Positions 1-9,697 of a stretch of 20,000 bases of DNA are shown one piece after another. The position numbers and the translations under genes are program-made. Under the pieces are notes generated by a model. That model searched no databases and was not told the DNA's origin. It saw only the letters and a list, made by a program, of their open reading frames with translations. Source of the stretch: an uncultured virus (IMG/VR IMGVR_UViG_3300025647_000017) (Duplodnaviria > Heunggongvirae > Uroviricota > Caudoviricetes); the IMG/VR virus record IMGVR_UViG_3300025647_000017; one strand, given 5' to 3'. How positions within the stretch are numbered: position 1 is the first letter of the stretch; each line of letters opens with the position of its first letter.

Positions 1-238
1 TTACTACCCAACGATTACGTCTAGTAGTGGATTTATCTGGATCAATAAAATATCCAAACCGTTCATTCAATGCAATGAAATAATCTTTAGCACAACGAGT
101 GGTAGTTAATACTCCATGAATATCTACAAAGTAAAACTGTGGTAACCCGTTAGTAGCTTTAGCATCAAACTCTGGTTTAAGGTTAGCTACATACCCTGTG
201 AACTGAGGTTTACGTAAAAACACTTTACATTCTGTCAT
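1..238 (-). CDS. Hypothetical protein downstream of the major capsid gene (runs off the left edge)
   Basis: ATG at 238 preceded by an AGGAG SD (246-252); frame open to the window edge (MTECKVFLRKPQFTGY...); absent from the ORF track because it is truncated. Confidence 0.75.
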   Translation of the reverse strand, partial: MTECKVFLRKPQFTGYVANLKPEFDAKATNGLPQFYFVDIHGVLTTTRCAKDYFIALNERFGYFIDPDKSTTRRNRWVV

Positions 239-259
239 GTATTAATTCTCCTAAAATTT

Positions 260-292
260 AAAACAAAAAGGGAGCCATAAGAGGCTCCCTTT
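260..292 (-). terminator. Rho-independent terminator after the major capsid gene
   Basis: Stem aaagggagcc (267-276)/ggctcccttt (283-292) followed by a U-rich tail on the minus strand. Confidence 0.85.
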
Positions 293-310
293 GTATATAC
301 AAATTAACGG

Positions 311-1321
311 TTATACACGCAGGGTGTTACCAGTAGCTTTAACTACTAACTCTGGACGAGTGTTAACGATAATGAAACTTGATTCAGTCTCAACTTTAGA
401 AGCACGATGACTTGTATCATCTAAGAATACATACATCTCTTGTGCAACTTGGTTTGCATACAACACTGAGTCTGCAGGAGCATACTGTGCCATAAACATT
501 GTGCTGATACCCATTGGTAAGAAGTAAGCATCACCAGTAGCGATTTCACCAGAGATATCTTCAATGTAAGTAACACCAGAAGTATCAAATGAACGGTTGA
601 TTAACTCACCACCTAAACGACGACGTAGAGGCTCACTTTCACTTGGGTAGCTATCATATGCAGCTTGAACCAATGGATGAGTGATTAACGAGTTGAAGAA
701 ACCTGAACCAACGATTGCAATAACTTTGTAGCTATCACCATTGTCAGCAGCATTAGTGATAATACTTTGACGGGCTTCAGCTTCTACAGTAATACGTGGG
801 TCAACAGCATCATCAGTAAAGTCGATTGGGAAAGTTACTGGAGTAACACCGAACTCTGTGAAGTAGTTGTACTGACCTTGTAGCCACTCTGGAGAGTAAG
901 AACTACCTTTCAATGCTGCGTATAAAGCTTTCTCGAAAGTGTTAGTGTGAGACTTAGCAATACGATTCATAGAACGCATTACACGGTCTTGTAAAGTAGC
1001 TGGAGTATCAGAAGTACCATACAAACGTAAGTCTTGAATTTCCTGTGCTGTCCAACGTGTATCTAGTGGGAACAAAGGAATATTAAAGTTACGAGAGATT
1101 GCTGATTCACGACCAGCGAAGTTACGATCACCACCACGGGCACGAGCAGCAATCACATCTAAACTTTCAGTAACACGTTCAACTTGTGCTACAGTAGTCT
1201 CACCCATTACAGTGTTCTGAATTAAACCTAAGCTAGATAATAGTTTAGGTACGCGAGGGACTAGTTCAACAAGTGGAGTGAAATCTAGTACACCAAAATC
1301 GCCATTACGAGCAGTTGCCAT
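311..1321 (-). CDS. Major capsid protein (likely HK97 fold)
   Basis: 336 aa; last gene of a portal-protease-decoration-capsid series; lambda gpE-like C-terminus (TESSFIIVNTRPELVVK); strong terminator follows. Confidence 0.85.
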   Translation of the reverse strand: MATARNGDFGVLDFTPLVELVPRVPKLLSSLGLIQNTVMGETTVAQVERVTESLDVIAARARGGDRNFAGRESAISRNFNIPLFPLDTRWTAQEIQDLRLYGTSDTPATLQDRVMRSMNRIAKSHTNTFEKALYAALKGSSYSPEWLQGQYNYFTEFGVTPVTFPIDFTDDAVDPRITVEAEARQSIITNAADNGDSYKVIAIVGSGFFNSLITHPLVQAAYDSYPSESEPLRRRLGGELINRSFDTSGVTYIEDISGEIATGDAYFLPMGISTMFMAQYAPADSVLYANQVAQEMYVFLDDTSHRASKVETESSFIIVNTRPELVVKATGNTLRV

Positions 1322-1346
1322 TATTTATTTTCCTTCTAAATTCTTA

Positions 1347-1703
1347 TTATGCGAAAGTGTTAAGTTGTGCTGCAAGAGCAGTTTTACCAGCGGCATTAAT
1401 TGCACCGTCTGTAAACACAACGTTAGCTTCTTTAAATGTGCAACCACGTTTAGCAACTGACACAGTAAGTGTATCACCTACTACTAAGTCATCACCGTAA
1501 TCACGGACTGTTAGGTCATCAATCACACCAGCAGATGTTGCAGCGCCAGCAATGGCAACCTCAACACCAGCAGCAGTAACTACTGAACCATTCTTCATAG
1601 TAGCAGTCCAAACAACGTCTACGTCATCATGTGTGAAACCAGCTAAGTCAGTAACAATTGCATTAAGTACAATCTGTTCTGCGCCAAGGTTTAAATCAGG
1701 CAT
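1347..1703 (-). CDS. Head decoration/stabilisation protein
   Basis: 118 aa, Ala/Val/Thr/Gly-rich, lies between protease/scaffold and capsid genes; AGGAG SD. Confidence 0.65.
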   Translation of the reverse strand: MPDLNLGAEQIVLNAIVTDLAGFTHDDVDVVWTATMKNGSVVTAAGVEVAIAGAATSAGVIDDLTVRDYGDDLVVGDTLTVSVAKRGCTFKEANVVFTDGAINAAGKTALAAQLNTFA

Positions 1704-1727
1704 CGGGTATATCTCCTAGTTTTATAA

Positions 1728-3128
1728 TTATTTAGTTTTAACTTGAGCGGCTTTAAGTGCTGCAATTTTACCTTGCAATACGCTGTTACCTTGGGCTTCT
1801 TCTTTGAGTTCAGCACTAGTCGATGTGACAGTAGTAGCAAACTCAGTTTTAACTTGTTCTACTTCAAGTGCAGCAGCTTCAACCTTAGATTGAGCTTCAG
1901 TGACTTGAGATGCAGCTTCCATTAATACAGATTCATTTGATGCATTAGCAGCAGCAATAACAGAATTCATTAAACTCTTATGGTCTTCTTTCACATCAGC
2001 AGACATGAAGAAAGTTAATAGAGACTCTTTACACTCAGCTAAGAAAGGAGTAGTATCAAGTTGTGCTGATAACTTCTCTGTAGCCATTTGTGCTTCTTTA
2101 GCCTGATAAGCAGCTAACATAGATGCTTGTTGTTCCATTTGTGCTTGCATTTTAGCAAACTCAGCAGGATCTACTTGGAATTCAGCAGACATTGATTTTT
2201 TATCCTTTTGTTTAGAATTTGGGTTGATATCAATAGTTTGATCTTTTGGAGGAGTAGTAACATCTTCGTTTATTTCAGATTCAGGTACTTCAGATAAGTA
2301 GGTGTAGAATTCTTCCCCTTCCATAATCTTATCAACTAAACCTAATCTCAAACAATCATCAGATGAAAACATCTTAGCATCCGTACCTCTAACTACATCA
2401 GCAGAGATACCACGCATATTAGCTACATGGTCAACAAACTGCCCGTATAGAGAATCTACTTTAACTTGTAAGTCACTAATGAAATCGTTACGGTATTCAC
2501 CATTCTCATCAAATGGGACTTTAGATGCACCAGCAGTAATATACTTAACAGTGATACCATCTTCTTCTAACTTTTTATTATTGTTAGCTAGACGAATAAC
2601 TACACCGATAGAGCCACACTGTGCGTCAGGGTTCATGATAACTTCGTGTGCAGCACTTGCTAAAGCAAATCCAGCAGAAGCAGCCATACCATCTACATAG
2701 GCATAAATCTTAATACCAGCAGCGTCAGCTTTCTTACGTAATTCGCGAGATGTAGAGAACGCTCTGTACGCCTCACCCCCAGAACTATCAACTAACATCA
2801 GTACTTTAGTCACTTCACGGTTAGAAACAATCTCATCCATTTGCTCAAGCAAACCTTGATAAGAACATCCACCACAGTAAGCTTCCCAACCTGTTTTCTT
2901 ATAAGTTGTGGGACCTTCCACTCTCAAGATCCCTACGGAACCTTCTACCAAATCACCTGAGTTATACTCCATATGATCACTGGACAACTGGGCAGCATGA
3001 GATGCAGCTTCATAGATACCACTATTGCGGTCTTCTAGGACAGAAGCAATTTCTTCAAACTTAGTTGCTGTGATTAACTGGGGTAGGTCGAGGATTGATT
3101 TGGAGAGTCTTGGCAATTTATGTGCCAT
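1728..3128 (-). CDS. Prohead maturation protease (S49/SppA-like) fused to a C-terminal scaffold domain
   Basis: Motifs DSSGGE, DGMAASAGF and GSIGV; acidic linker then Ala/Glu/Gln/Lys-rich helical tail; start probably ATG 3128 or 3131 after AAGGAG. Confidence 0.85.
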   Translation of the reverse strand: MAHKLPRLSKSILDLPQLITATKFEEIASVLEDRNSGIYEAASHAAQLSSDHMEYNSGDLVEGSVGILRVEGPTTYKKTGWEAYCGGCSYQGLLEQMDEIVSNREVTKVLMLVDSSGGEAYRAFSTSRELRKKADAAGIKIYAYVDGMAASAGFALASAAHEVIMNPDAQCGSIGVVIRLANNNKKLEEDGITVKYITAGASKVPFDENGEYRNDFISDLQVKVDSLYGQFVDHVANMRGISADVVRGTDAKMFSSDDCLRLGLVDKIMEGEEFYTYLSEVPESEINEDVTTPPKDQTIDINPNSKQKDKKSMSAEFQVDPAEFAKMQAQMEQQASMLAAYQAKEAQMATEKLSAQLDTTPFLAECKESLLTFFMSADVKEDHKSLMNSVIAAANASNESVLMEAASQVTEAQSKVEAAALEVEQVKTEFATTVTSTSAELKEEAQGNSVLQGKIAALKAAQVKTK

Positions 3129-3167
3129 CATATCTCCTTTCAAGGATTGATTAATACCTTATGAGGT

Positions 3168-3196
3168 ATATTACCATTTAATAAGTGACTAATCAA
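3168..3196 (-). promoter_or_regulatory. Possible sigma70-type promoter for the protease-capsid genes
   Basis: TTGATT-17 nt-TAATAT with an extended -10 TG. Confidence 0.4.
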
Positions 3197-3234
3197 CCCT
3201 TTATTGTATTGTGATTAAAATGTCAAGGAATTAT

Positions 3235-4749
3235 TTAATTATTTTCCTTGTTGGCAACAGAACGGTCACCACCAGTAGCTGTAGATGTGCCAGTCCCATT
3301 ATTTAAACCTGAGTTCATAGCTGAGCCACTCTTACTGGTAGATTCTGCTAATAAGGGTGCAATACTTTCTGGTGTGGCATCATCAGCAAACCGATAAGTA
3401 ATACCAAGTTTACCATAGATTTCATTAAGGAATTTAGGATCTCTACTTGGAGTTAACCCTGTAGCAGTTACACGTTGAAGCATCTTACCAAATTCATCAA
3501 TACTTAATGGTTCAATTGCACCAGCCTTGATAACAGGTACATCTTCTGGAAGTAATTCCCACCCGTTGAGTCTAAACAGTTGTTGGTTGATGTCAGTATT
3601 TAATGCTTCTTCAATGACAGCGATATCTCGTTCAATATAGAATGAATGGATACTGTTCTGACCTTCAAGCATGTTATACGAGCCACCTGCACCATCACCA
3701 GCAATTAAGTTACCAGCACCGAATGCATTGTAGATAGCACGTTTACGCTGCTCAACTAGAGCAACAGTGTCAAAATTACGTCCGCCACCATCTATTCCCA
3801 TGAACTTAAGGTCGAAACTACGCATACCATTACCACTTTCACTTTGAGTGTCAGACGGTAATATAGTATAATTCTGTTCACCAGTATGCATGTTAGCCAT
3901 ATTGGTTTTAAGTTGCTCAACCATCAATCCTTCTGGACTAGAAGCATCTGCAGCAGCCTTAGAGAGGATATCTTCTGGTAGGTATAGGATAGGTGTACCA
4001 GAGAAATCTTTAGTCACACCGACTAACGTACACTCTTGTAGGAGTATCTTCTCACGCCATGCTGTGTAACATGTATCAAATGCTGACACACCAAACGGTT
4101 GAGCATCTGTACCACTATATGTGATCAATGCTAACTTGTTACGAGGTACACTTACATAACCTCTAGCAACATGCATTTCATAGTCGAACACATCTGATGT
4201 ATTTCTAAAGGCATTAAGGTTCTGCCTCATCTCAATAATATCACGACCACCATTACCAATAGTAAATGGCGTTGTTTGTTGCAATGATAGTGGATGAATG
4301 TAGAGTAATTTATCAATAGTCCAATAGTCTGCCCACTTACCCATACCTTTACGATAGGTCTTCTCGAATGGAGCTAAACCGTCACGTTTAAATTCTGATG
4401 CACTTCTAGCAAAACTACGTAACGTTTGACCTCTCATATTAGAGTAACAGTATTTGAGGAAGTCAGCAGCCTCTTTAGACTGTGTAGAATGTTGGTTATA
4501 GGTTATCTCATAATTAGAGAAAGCCTTCTCAACTAGGATACAGTTCGCTGCAAAGGCATTACCAACAGCATCATCAAGCAACATACATTGATATGTTCGA
4601 AGTCGTTGACTTTGTGATAGTTCATAAGGTCGGAGGATGTTTACTATTTGTTTAATAGTTTCAATTGCAGGAGTTGCAACACTTTTCTTGGACTGACGAG
4701 TCTCTCTGGTATCTGTTTTAATTCGTGCCGACTTCGGCTGTTTAGCCAT
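3235..4749 (-). CDS. Portal protein
   Basis: 504 aa, immediately upstream of the prohead protease; portal-like segments (QPFGVSAFDTCYTAWREK, GTPILYLP, ALNTDINQQLFRLNGW). Confidence 0.85.
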   Translation of the reverse strand: MAKQPKSARIKTDTRETRQSKKSVATPAIETIKQIVNILRPYELSQSQRLRTYQCMLLDDAVGNAFAANCILVEKAFSNYEITYNQHSTQSKEAADFLKYCYSNMRGQTLRSFARSASEFKRDGLAPFEKTYRKGMGKWADYWTIDKLLYIHPLSLQQTTPFTIGNGGRDIIEMRQNLNAFRNTSDVFDYEMHVARGYVSVPRNKLALITYSGTDAQPFGVSAFDTCYTAWREKILLQECTLVGVTKDFSGTPILYLPEDILSKAAADASSPEGLMVEQLKTNMANMHTGEQNYTILPSDTQSESGNGMRSFDLKFMGIDGGGRNFDTVALVEQRKRAIYNAFGAGNLIAGDGAGGSYNMLEGQNSIHSFYIERDIAVIEEALNTDINQQLFRLNGWELLPEDVPVIKAGAIEPLSIDEFGKMLQRVTATGLTPSRDPKFLNEIYGKLGITYRFADDATPESIAPLLAESTSKSGSAMNSGLNNGTGTSTATGGDRSVANKENN

Positions 4750-4801
4750 GTTAATTCCCCTTCATTAAATACATAGCTTTATATGCTTATGTTATAATAG
4801 G

Positions 4802-4830
4802 ATTATAGCAGATTTGGAAAAGTCAAGCAA
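4802..4830 (-). promoter_or_regulatory. Sigma70-type promoter upstream of portal
   Basis: TTGCTT (4830-4825)-17 nt-TATAAT (4807-4802) with an extended -10 TG. Confidence 0.6.
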
Positions 4831-4877
4831 ACTTGGAGGTATGTTGGTGATATGATGAGATTAGTATGAATTGAAGA

Positions 4878-4907
4878 TAATATAAAGCCAACCTTCTGGG
4901 TTGGCTT
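4878..4907 (-). terminator. Rho-independent terminator closing the accessory block
   Basis: Stem aagccaacc (4885-4893)/ggttggctt (4899-4907) with a U-rich tail on the minus strand. Confidence 0.7.
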
Positions 4908-4926
4908 ATGTTTTAATAATCACTCC

Positions 4927-5091
4927 TTATTTAACAATTGCAAACAATGGTGATTTAGTGTCAGCACCTAGCTCAGCCAATACATCAACTTTACTAGTAG
5001 AGATCGCCTCAGATAAATCAACTCCATCTTATAGTGATAATTGTGCAGTACGTGGTACACCATCTTTACGGTAAACGAATGTATATGTCAT
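4927..5091 (-). pseudogene. Small 54-codon gene interrupted by an in-frame TAA
   Basis: AAGGAG SD, ATG 5091; MTYTFVYRKDGVPRTAQLSL*DGVDLSEAISTSKVDVLAELGADTKSPLFAIVK*; internal TAA at 5031-5029. Confidence 0.6.
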
Positions 5092-5107
5092 ATTTAAATC
5101 TCCTTAA

Positions 5108-5299
5108 TTAAATTACTGCAGCAGCTGTTGCAAATACTACCACGCCAGCGTAAATTGCACATAGTTTTCTATACCCAACATCCCAATTAACTGGGTTTAA
5201 TAGTGTAGCATCCATATAGATAAATGAATATGCTAAAGTAATTAGTATAATAGGTACGAATGTTAGGCATAATACAGTTAATAAAATATATTTCCACAT
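5108..5299 (-). CDS. Small membrane protein (two hydrophobic segments)
   Basis: Start reassigned to ATG 5299 (MWKYILL) after AAGGAG; two hydrophobic stretches. Confidence 0.65.
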   Translation of the reverse strand: MWKYILLTVLCLTFVPIILITLAYSFIYMDATLLNPVNWDVGYRKLCAIYAGVVVFATAAAVI

Positions 5300-5309
5300 A
5301 GTGTTCTCC

Positions 5310-5582
5310 TTATCTATGATATCCAAGTGAAATTAAATATTCCGCTAATGAACAACCTTTTAATGTACAACTACTATAAACCTCAAGGTAAGTCTGTAAT
5401 TCACCTAGCTCTGAGCCTACAGGGTGCTTGACAGTGGCATCCTTCAACTTACCATGTGGGGTATCCATCTCATTGTTAGGGTCAGGTACTTTAACTTTTG
5501 ATAACATATTATTAATTCCCTTTAGTCTAGAGTTTACACCTTCTTCTAAGAATAATACCACCTTCTTATTTTTGTCATTCAT
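5310..5582 (-). CDS. Hypothetical protein
   Basis: 90 aa ORF with AAGGAG SD, packed in the operon. Confidence 0.65.
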   Translation of the reverse strand: MNDKNKKVVLFLEEGVNSRLKGINNMLSKVKVPDPNNEMDTPHGKLKDATVKHPVGSELGELQTYLEVYSSCTLKGCSLAEYLISLGYHR

Positions 5583-5597
5583 ACTACACTCCTTTAA

Positions 5598-5798
5598 TTA
5601 TGGTATCATAATCTCATATAGAAATGAGAATAAATCTGCACTTGTAACTCTAATAATGTCTTCAGATGAACCCCATAACACATGTACTTCATAGTAGTAA
5701 GTGTTATAGTCCGTCTTACCCTCACAAGACTTAACATCCCAACCTGCACAATGATGTCCAGTATGATTAAGGTAGTGTGCAATCATTTTTGTATTCAT
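5598..5798 (-). CDS. Hypothetical protein
   Basis: 66 aa ORF with AAGGAG SD and its own promoter. Confidence 0.65.
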   Translation of the reverse strand: MNTKMIAHYLNHTGHHCAGWDVKSCEGKTDYNTYYYEVHVLWGSSEDIIRVTSADLFSFLYEIMIP

Positions 5799-5832
5799 AA
5801 ATAAAAATCTCCTTACCGTTTAAGATAAGGAG

Positions 5833-5861
5833 ATTATGTCAGGGTTTATCTGTGTTGTCAA
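5833..5861 (-). promoter_or_regulatory. Sigma70-type promoter overlapping a terminator/SD-sequestering hairpin (5806-5835)
   Basis: TTGACA (5861-5856)-17 nt-CATAAT (5838-5833). Confidence 0.7.
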
Positions 5862-5864
5862 ACT

Positions 5865-7448
5865 TTATTTAAAATAGTTTTCCTTGATGTCCCAAATAGA
5901 CTGCTCCTTGAGGAACACACCATCTTTGTATAAGGTAGTCAGAAGTCCAGTCTGTTCTTCTTCCTCCGAACAACTCTGGTGTAGATTAAAGTCCTTGTCT
6001 ACCATCAACAAACCTCGTGCAGACTTCTTGAATACATCACCCATAGGTGTCTTCTGTTGTTCTAGGTTAACAATATTATCATCAATTTCTGCTACAGAGA
6101 AAGTTTGCTTATAACTCATAGAGAATAAATCTCGTGTGTTGTTTTGAAGGTTGGCATAACTACCTTTACCAATCACTAAGTTTATTGCAGAGAATCCTGT
6201 CTCAATCATACGCTCATAGATCTCCTTTTGGTGTTGTTGAGATATTGCCTCCCCATAGATAATTCCAACTTTAGGGTTTAAGAATTTCATCTTGCCTGAG
6301 GGTGTATTTAACTCTTCACCACCAAATACCTCCCATAAGATTTGTAGACTACCTTTACGTTCTAATTCACAATCAGACTCACTATCACCACAAATCACTT
6401 CTAGTGGGCGTTTCTTAGAGCTATCTGGACGCCACACCCACTTAGCAGGTAATCCATTTGCACCATCTTGTCGAGATAGGATTTTATCCTTATTAGCTAA
6501 AGCATATTCACTAATTGAACGGAAGTAATTCTCTGTGTCGGCAACATAAGAAAACATACCCGTTGTGTTATCCGCTAACAACCCAATTAGGGTTTTCTCA
6601 GTATCCTCTGTAATACCACGATATCGTAGTTCAGACAATAAACGACTAATATCTGCATGTTCAGACGCACGTATACTAACAGCAATTGGTGCATCTGTCT
6701 TAGGGTTGTAATCGTAGTATTGCGTTAGGAAATCAATAACAGCAACAGTATCACTGCCAATAAATGGAATAGAAGATGCACTACCTACACGCATACCATG
6801 TTCTGGTCCCATCATCCCACGAAATTCGAAGTTGTGGACACAGAATGGTAGCCACCCAGCAACAACTTCCACGGGTGCAGAGATGTTACCGTAATATTTT
6901 GACTGCTGATAAAACTGGTCAATAATAGTAGCAGTATTAATCATAGGGTAGATTAAATTACTTGATAAAGTTTCAAGATTATTTACCAACCACCCATAAC
7001 CCTCGAGGGTGTTCTTACTTGTGAAGATTGGTAATCCAATAGGGTAGCGAACACCCTCATCAATAGAACGAATCTCTAATGGTAAATAACCTAGTGTATG
7101 TAACCCCATAATATCTTCAATATAATCTTTATGATCAATCACTACGTCACCACCAAAGTGAGAAGTTAATCTTACAATAATACGAGATAATACCTCATCT
7201 ACAGGAGTTTTAAAGAACACTTCAAACAAATTATGGATATATTTGAATGTATGACGTGTACCATAGATTACCAAATTACCATCACTGTGATCAGAGAAAG
7301 TGAAGTATGCGTTCTTACGTGCAGTAAAGTTACTGTAGGAAGATAACACCTTAGTAGGGCTACCTTTAAACATCTCATGGTTGTGTAACACATTCATGCC
7401 AATCTTATAACTATCCACTAGTGCTTCGATTTGTAAATTAATACTCAT
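5865..7448 (-). CDS. Nicotinamide phosphoribosyltransferase-like protein (NAMPT/NadV family; candidate Namat)
   Basis: 527 aa; DSYK, HNFEFRG, ASEHA, RPDSS, YGEAI and KKSARG motifs match the NAMPT family with some substitutions. Confidence 0.85.
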   Translation of the reverse strand: MSINLQIEALVDSYKIGMNVLHNHEMFKGSPTKVLSSYSNFTARKNAYFTFSDHSDGNLVIYGTRHTFKYIHNLFEVFFKTPVDEVLSRIIVRLTSHFGGDVVIDHKDYIEDIMGLHTLGYLPLEIRSIDEGVRYPIGLPIFTSKNTLEGYGWLVNNLETLSSNLIYPMINTATIIDQFYQQSKYYGNISAPVEVVAGWLPFCVHNFEFRGMMGPEHGMRVGSASSIPFIGSDTVAVIDFLTQYYDYNPKTDAPIAVSIRASEHADISRLLSELRYRGITEDTEKTLIGLLADNTTGMFSYVADTENYFRSISEYALANKDKILSRQDGANGLPAKWVWRPDSSKKRPLEVICGDSESDCELERKGSLQILWEVFGGEELNTPSGKMKFLNPKVGIIYGEAISQQHQKEIYERMIETGFSAINLVIGKGSYANLQNNTRDLFSMSYKQTFSVAEIDDNIVNLEQQKTPMGDVFKKSARGLLMVDKDFNLHQSCSEEEEQTGLLTTLYKDGVFLKEQSIWDIKENYFK

Positions 7449-7459
7449 ATTTGTTCTCC

Positions 7460-8317
7460 TTATTTATTCAAATTAAAATTAGTAATATCTTGTTTGTTGA
7501 GATACTTACCAACTGTATGGTAACAGTACACATTATCAATCAAACCTTTTAAACTGTCAAGACCTTTTGCACCAATCATATGGGTAATGTAAAGATCTAC
7601 TTGTTTTGCACCAACCTCTTTTAATGCTTTGGCTAAGGTAATGAACGTACCACCGTAATCTAGTAAATCATCTGGGATTAACACTACCTTCCCTGTAAAA
7701 TCTACATCAGAGGGTAATAGGGTCTTGATAATCTTACCTGTACTAATATCACGTTCCTTTCCACAGTTGTATACATCAACCCTTAAGTGATCAGCAATAC
7801 TAGCAGCCTTATCAATTGCACCTTTATCTGGTGCTAGGATGATATCATATTTAGTATTAAAGTCATGAGGTAAGGATTGCTTAAAGCATTCAAGTTGAGA
7901 CTTTTCTACAATGTTTAAACCAAGGCGATACTTATCACAAATACCATACACAGCCTTCTTATTGTGCATATCACAAACATGGACCTCATCAAAACCTTCA
8001 ATATCTGCCAAAGACCATAGAAACATTTTAAGTGGTAATGGATTACCATCCTCAAACACTCTATCAGCACGTCCATAGATCATGTATGGTATATGTAAAT
8101 ATAGTGGAACATTACATTGTAACTTCATTTCATCAATACAACTCATAAGCATACGTAGCTCCTCAATAACTCGATACGCTGGTGTTGTTGGGCAAACGTT
8201 GATGCTGATATACTTGGGTTCTTTAGGTAGATTATCTAATTTAAATGTTATCGCCCCATCACTAAATTCAACCATATTAACTGGTATTTCTTTATTATCT
8301 GCAAATACTGTAATCAT
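7460..8317 (-). CDS. Ribose-phosphate pyrophosphokinase-like protein (candidate Adps)
   Basis: 285 aa; FSDG, PYMIYGRADR, DMH, APDKGA, KERD and the PRT motif IPDDLLDYGGTF. Confidence 0.88.
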   Translation of the reverse strand: MITVFADNKEIPVNMVEFSDGAITFKLDNLPKEPKYISINVCPTTPAYRVIEELRMLMSCIDEMKLQCNVPLYLHIPYMIYGRADRVFEDGNPLPLKMFLWSLADIEGFDEVHVCDMHNKKAVYGICDKYRLGLNIVEKSQLECFKQSLPHDFNTKYDIILAPDKGAIDKAASIADHLRVDVYNCGKERDISTGKIIKTLLPSDVDFTGKVVLIPDDLLDYGGTFITLAKALKEVGAKQVDLYITHMIGAKGLDSLKGLIDNVYCYHTVGKYLNKQDITNFNLNK

Positions 8318-8382
8318 ATTATTTCTCCTTATTTTAAAATTAACTCTAATTGTTCACTACTCATATCATTTGGGTCTAATCC

Positions 8383-8817
8383 TTATGGTAACAACTTCAA
8401 ATTAGAACGTAAATTATTATTCTGTCTCTGCAGCACTTCTTCTGGTACTTCGTGTACATTACCACTGTCATGTCTGTTTTCTACGATAAGACTAATAACA
8501 TCATAGTTGTATTGTTCTGCCAATTCAATATAAGGTTTGATTTCCTTTTCAGTGGTAGAAGTGTTATGGACAATGATGACACCAATACCCAACTCCATAA
8601 AGTCATCAACTATACCTTTACACCACTTATGAGCTGCAGCTAAATTCTCTACTTTGAAATTGTAATTACCTTCCTCGTCATAATGAAAGTCATCTGCTGC
8701 CACAGCGTAACAACCTTTACTTCCAATATCATTGTCAATAAGATCTTGCAGCCAATCAGCCAAAGTTGTCTTACCTGCGCCACTACAACCTCTAAGTATA
8801 ATAAGTTTATTTTTCAT
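8383..8817 (-). CDS. P-loop kinase (AAA_33/polynucleotide-kinase-like)
   Basis: Walker A RGCSGAGKTT, AADDF, HNTST; start reassigned to ATG 8817 after GAGG; overlaps the RNA ligase stop. Confidence 0.75.
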   Translation of the reverse strand: MKNKLIILRGCSGAGKTTLADWLQDLIDNDIGSKGCYAVAADDFHYDEEGNYNFKVENLAAAHKWCKGIVDDFMELGIGVIIVHNTSTTEKEIKPYIELAEQYNYDVISLIVENRHDSGNVHEVPEEVLQRQNNNLRSNLKLLP

Positions 8818-9697
8818 TAAAATAGTCCTCAATTAATTGTCTACGTTCATTCTCACTAAAAGAATAATAAACTTCTTTAGTGTAACCGTCAAGTAAATAC
8901 TGGTGGAAATCATAAAATTCTTCATCGATTTGTTTCTTGAATTCAGTAGGATTATCAAATGCTAAATCAATACGTTTACGTCCCATGCGGAGGAAAGCTT
9001 TCTTACTCAAATAATGAGGTGACTTTAGTTTACATAACACAACTCCAGTTTTGGCACACAATATCATATAACCTTCTTTATTAGTTTCAGGTATATCTTT
9101 GAATTTCATTAACCCAACAGAAGGTCTATGACAATGTAATAAACGTGCCATATGATCTAACACCCATTCACTGGACAATTCTCCAGAGTTGGTAGATCTA
9201 ATACCAATTAAATAAGCTCCCTCATCTTCATATACAATATGTGGGTCTGAGTTATCACAAATTTCAAACATATGTGTATACCCAGTAAGCATCATATCTG
9301 TTGCTAAAGGTTCAATCCACTTACGGGCTAAGTCTGCATATTCAGAGTCAATTGTACCAGTGGTAGAGATAATCAATCCATACTTACGTGTCATAGTAGC
9401 ACACCCTAGGAAACCATTAATTTTGGTAGGTATTTCTACCATACGTTCAGGATCAATAGTAACTCCATTCTCACCAAGGTTAAATACTTTCTTAAATGGG
9501 TGTACAATAATATTATCATCTTCATCTACGACTAAGCCACGGCACTCTAGTAGACGTTCATCTAAGTGCCACAGGTTATCCCAGAATACTTTCTTAGTGT
9601 ATTTTAGGATCGACAAACCTTTATATTTACCTTCAGTATAAGTTTTCTTCTTAACCAAACCTTGTTCAATTAAATCATCCACATTAAATTTAGCCAT
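8807..9697 (-). CDS. RNA ligase, T4 Rnl1-like
   Basis: ECRGLV; nucleotidyltransferase motifs I KINGF, III MFEI, IV KEGYMI, V KLKS. Confidence 0.8.
   Translation of the reverse strand: MAKFNVDDLIEQGLVKKKTYTEGKYKGLSILKYTKKVFWDNLWHLDERLLECRGLVVDEDDNIIVHPFKKVFNLGENGVTIDPERMVEIPTKINGFLGCATMTRKYGLIISTTGTIDSEYADLARKWIEPLATDMMLTGYTHMFEICDNSDPHIVYEDEGAYLIGIRSTNSGELSSEWVLDHMARLLHCHRPSVGLMKFKDIPETNKEGYMILCAKTGVVLCKLKSPHYLSKKAFLRMGRKRIDLAFDNPTEFKKQIDEEFYDFHQYLLDGYTKEVYYSFSENERRQLIEDYFNEK

Noticed and set aside
3203..3226. TTGACA...TACAAT promoter upstream of the protease gene
   Set aside because: The spacer is only 12 nt, incompatible with sigma70 geometry
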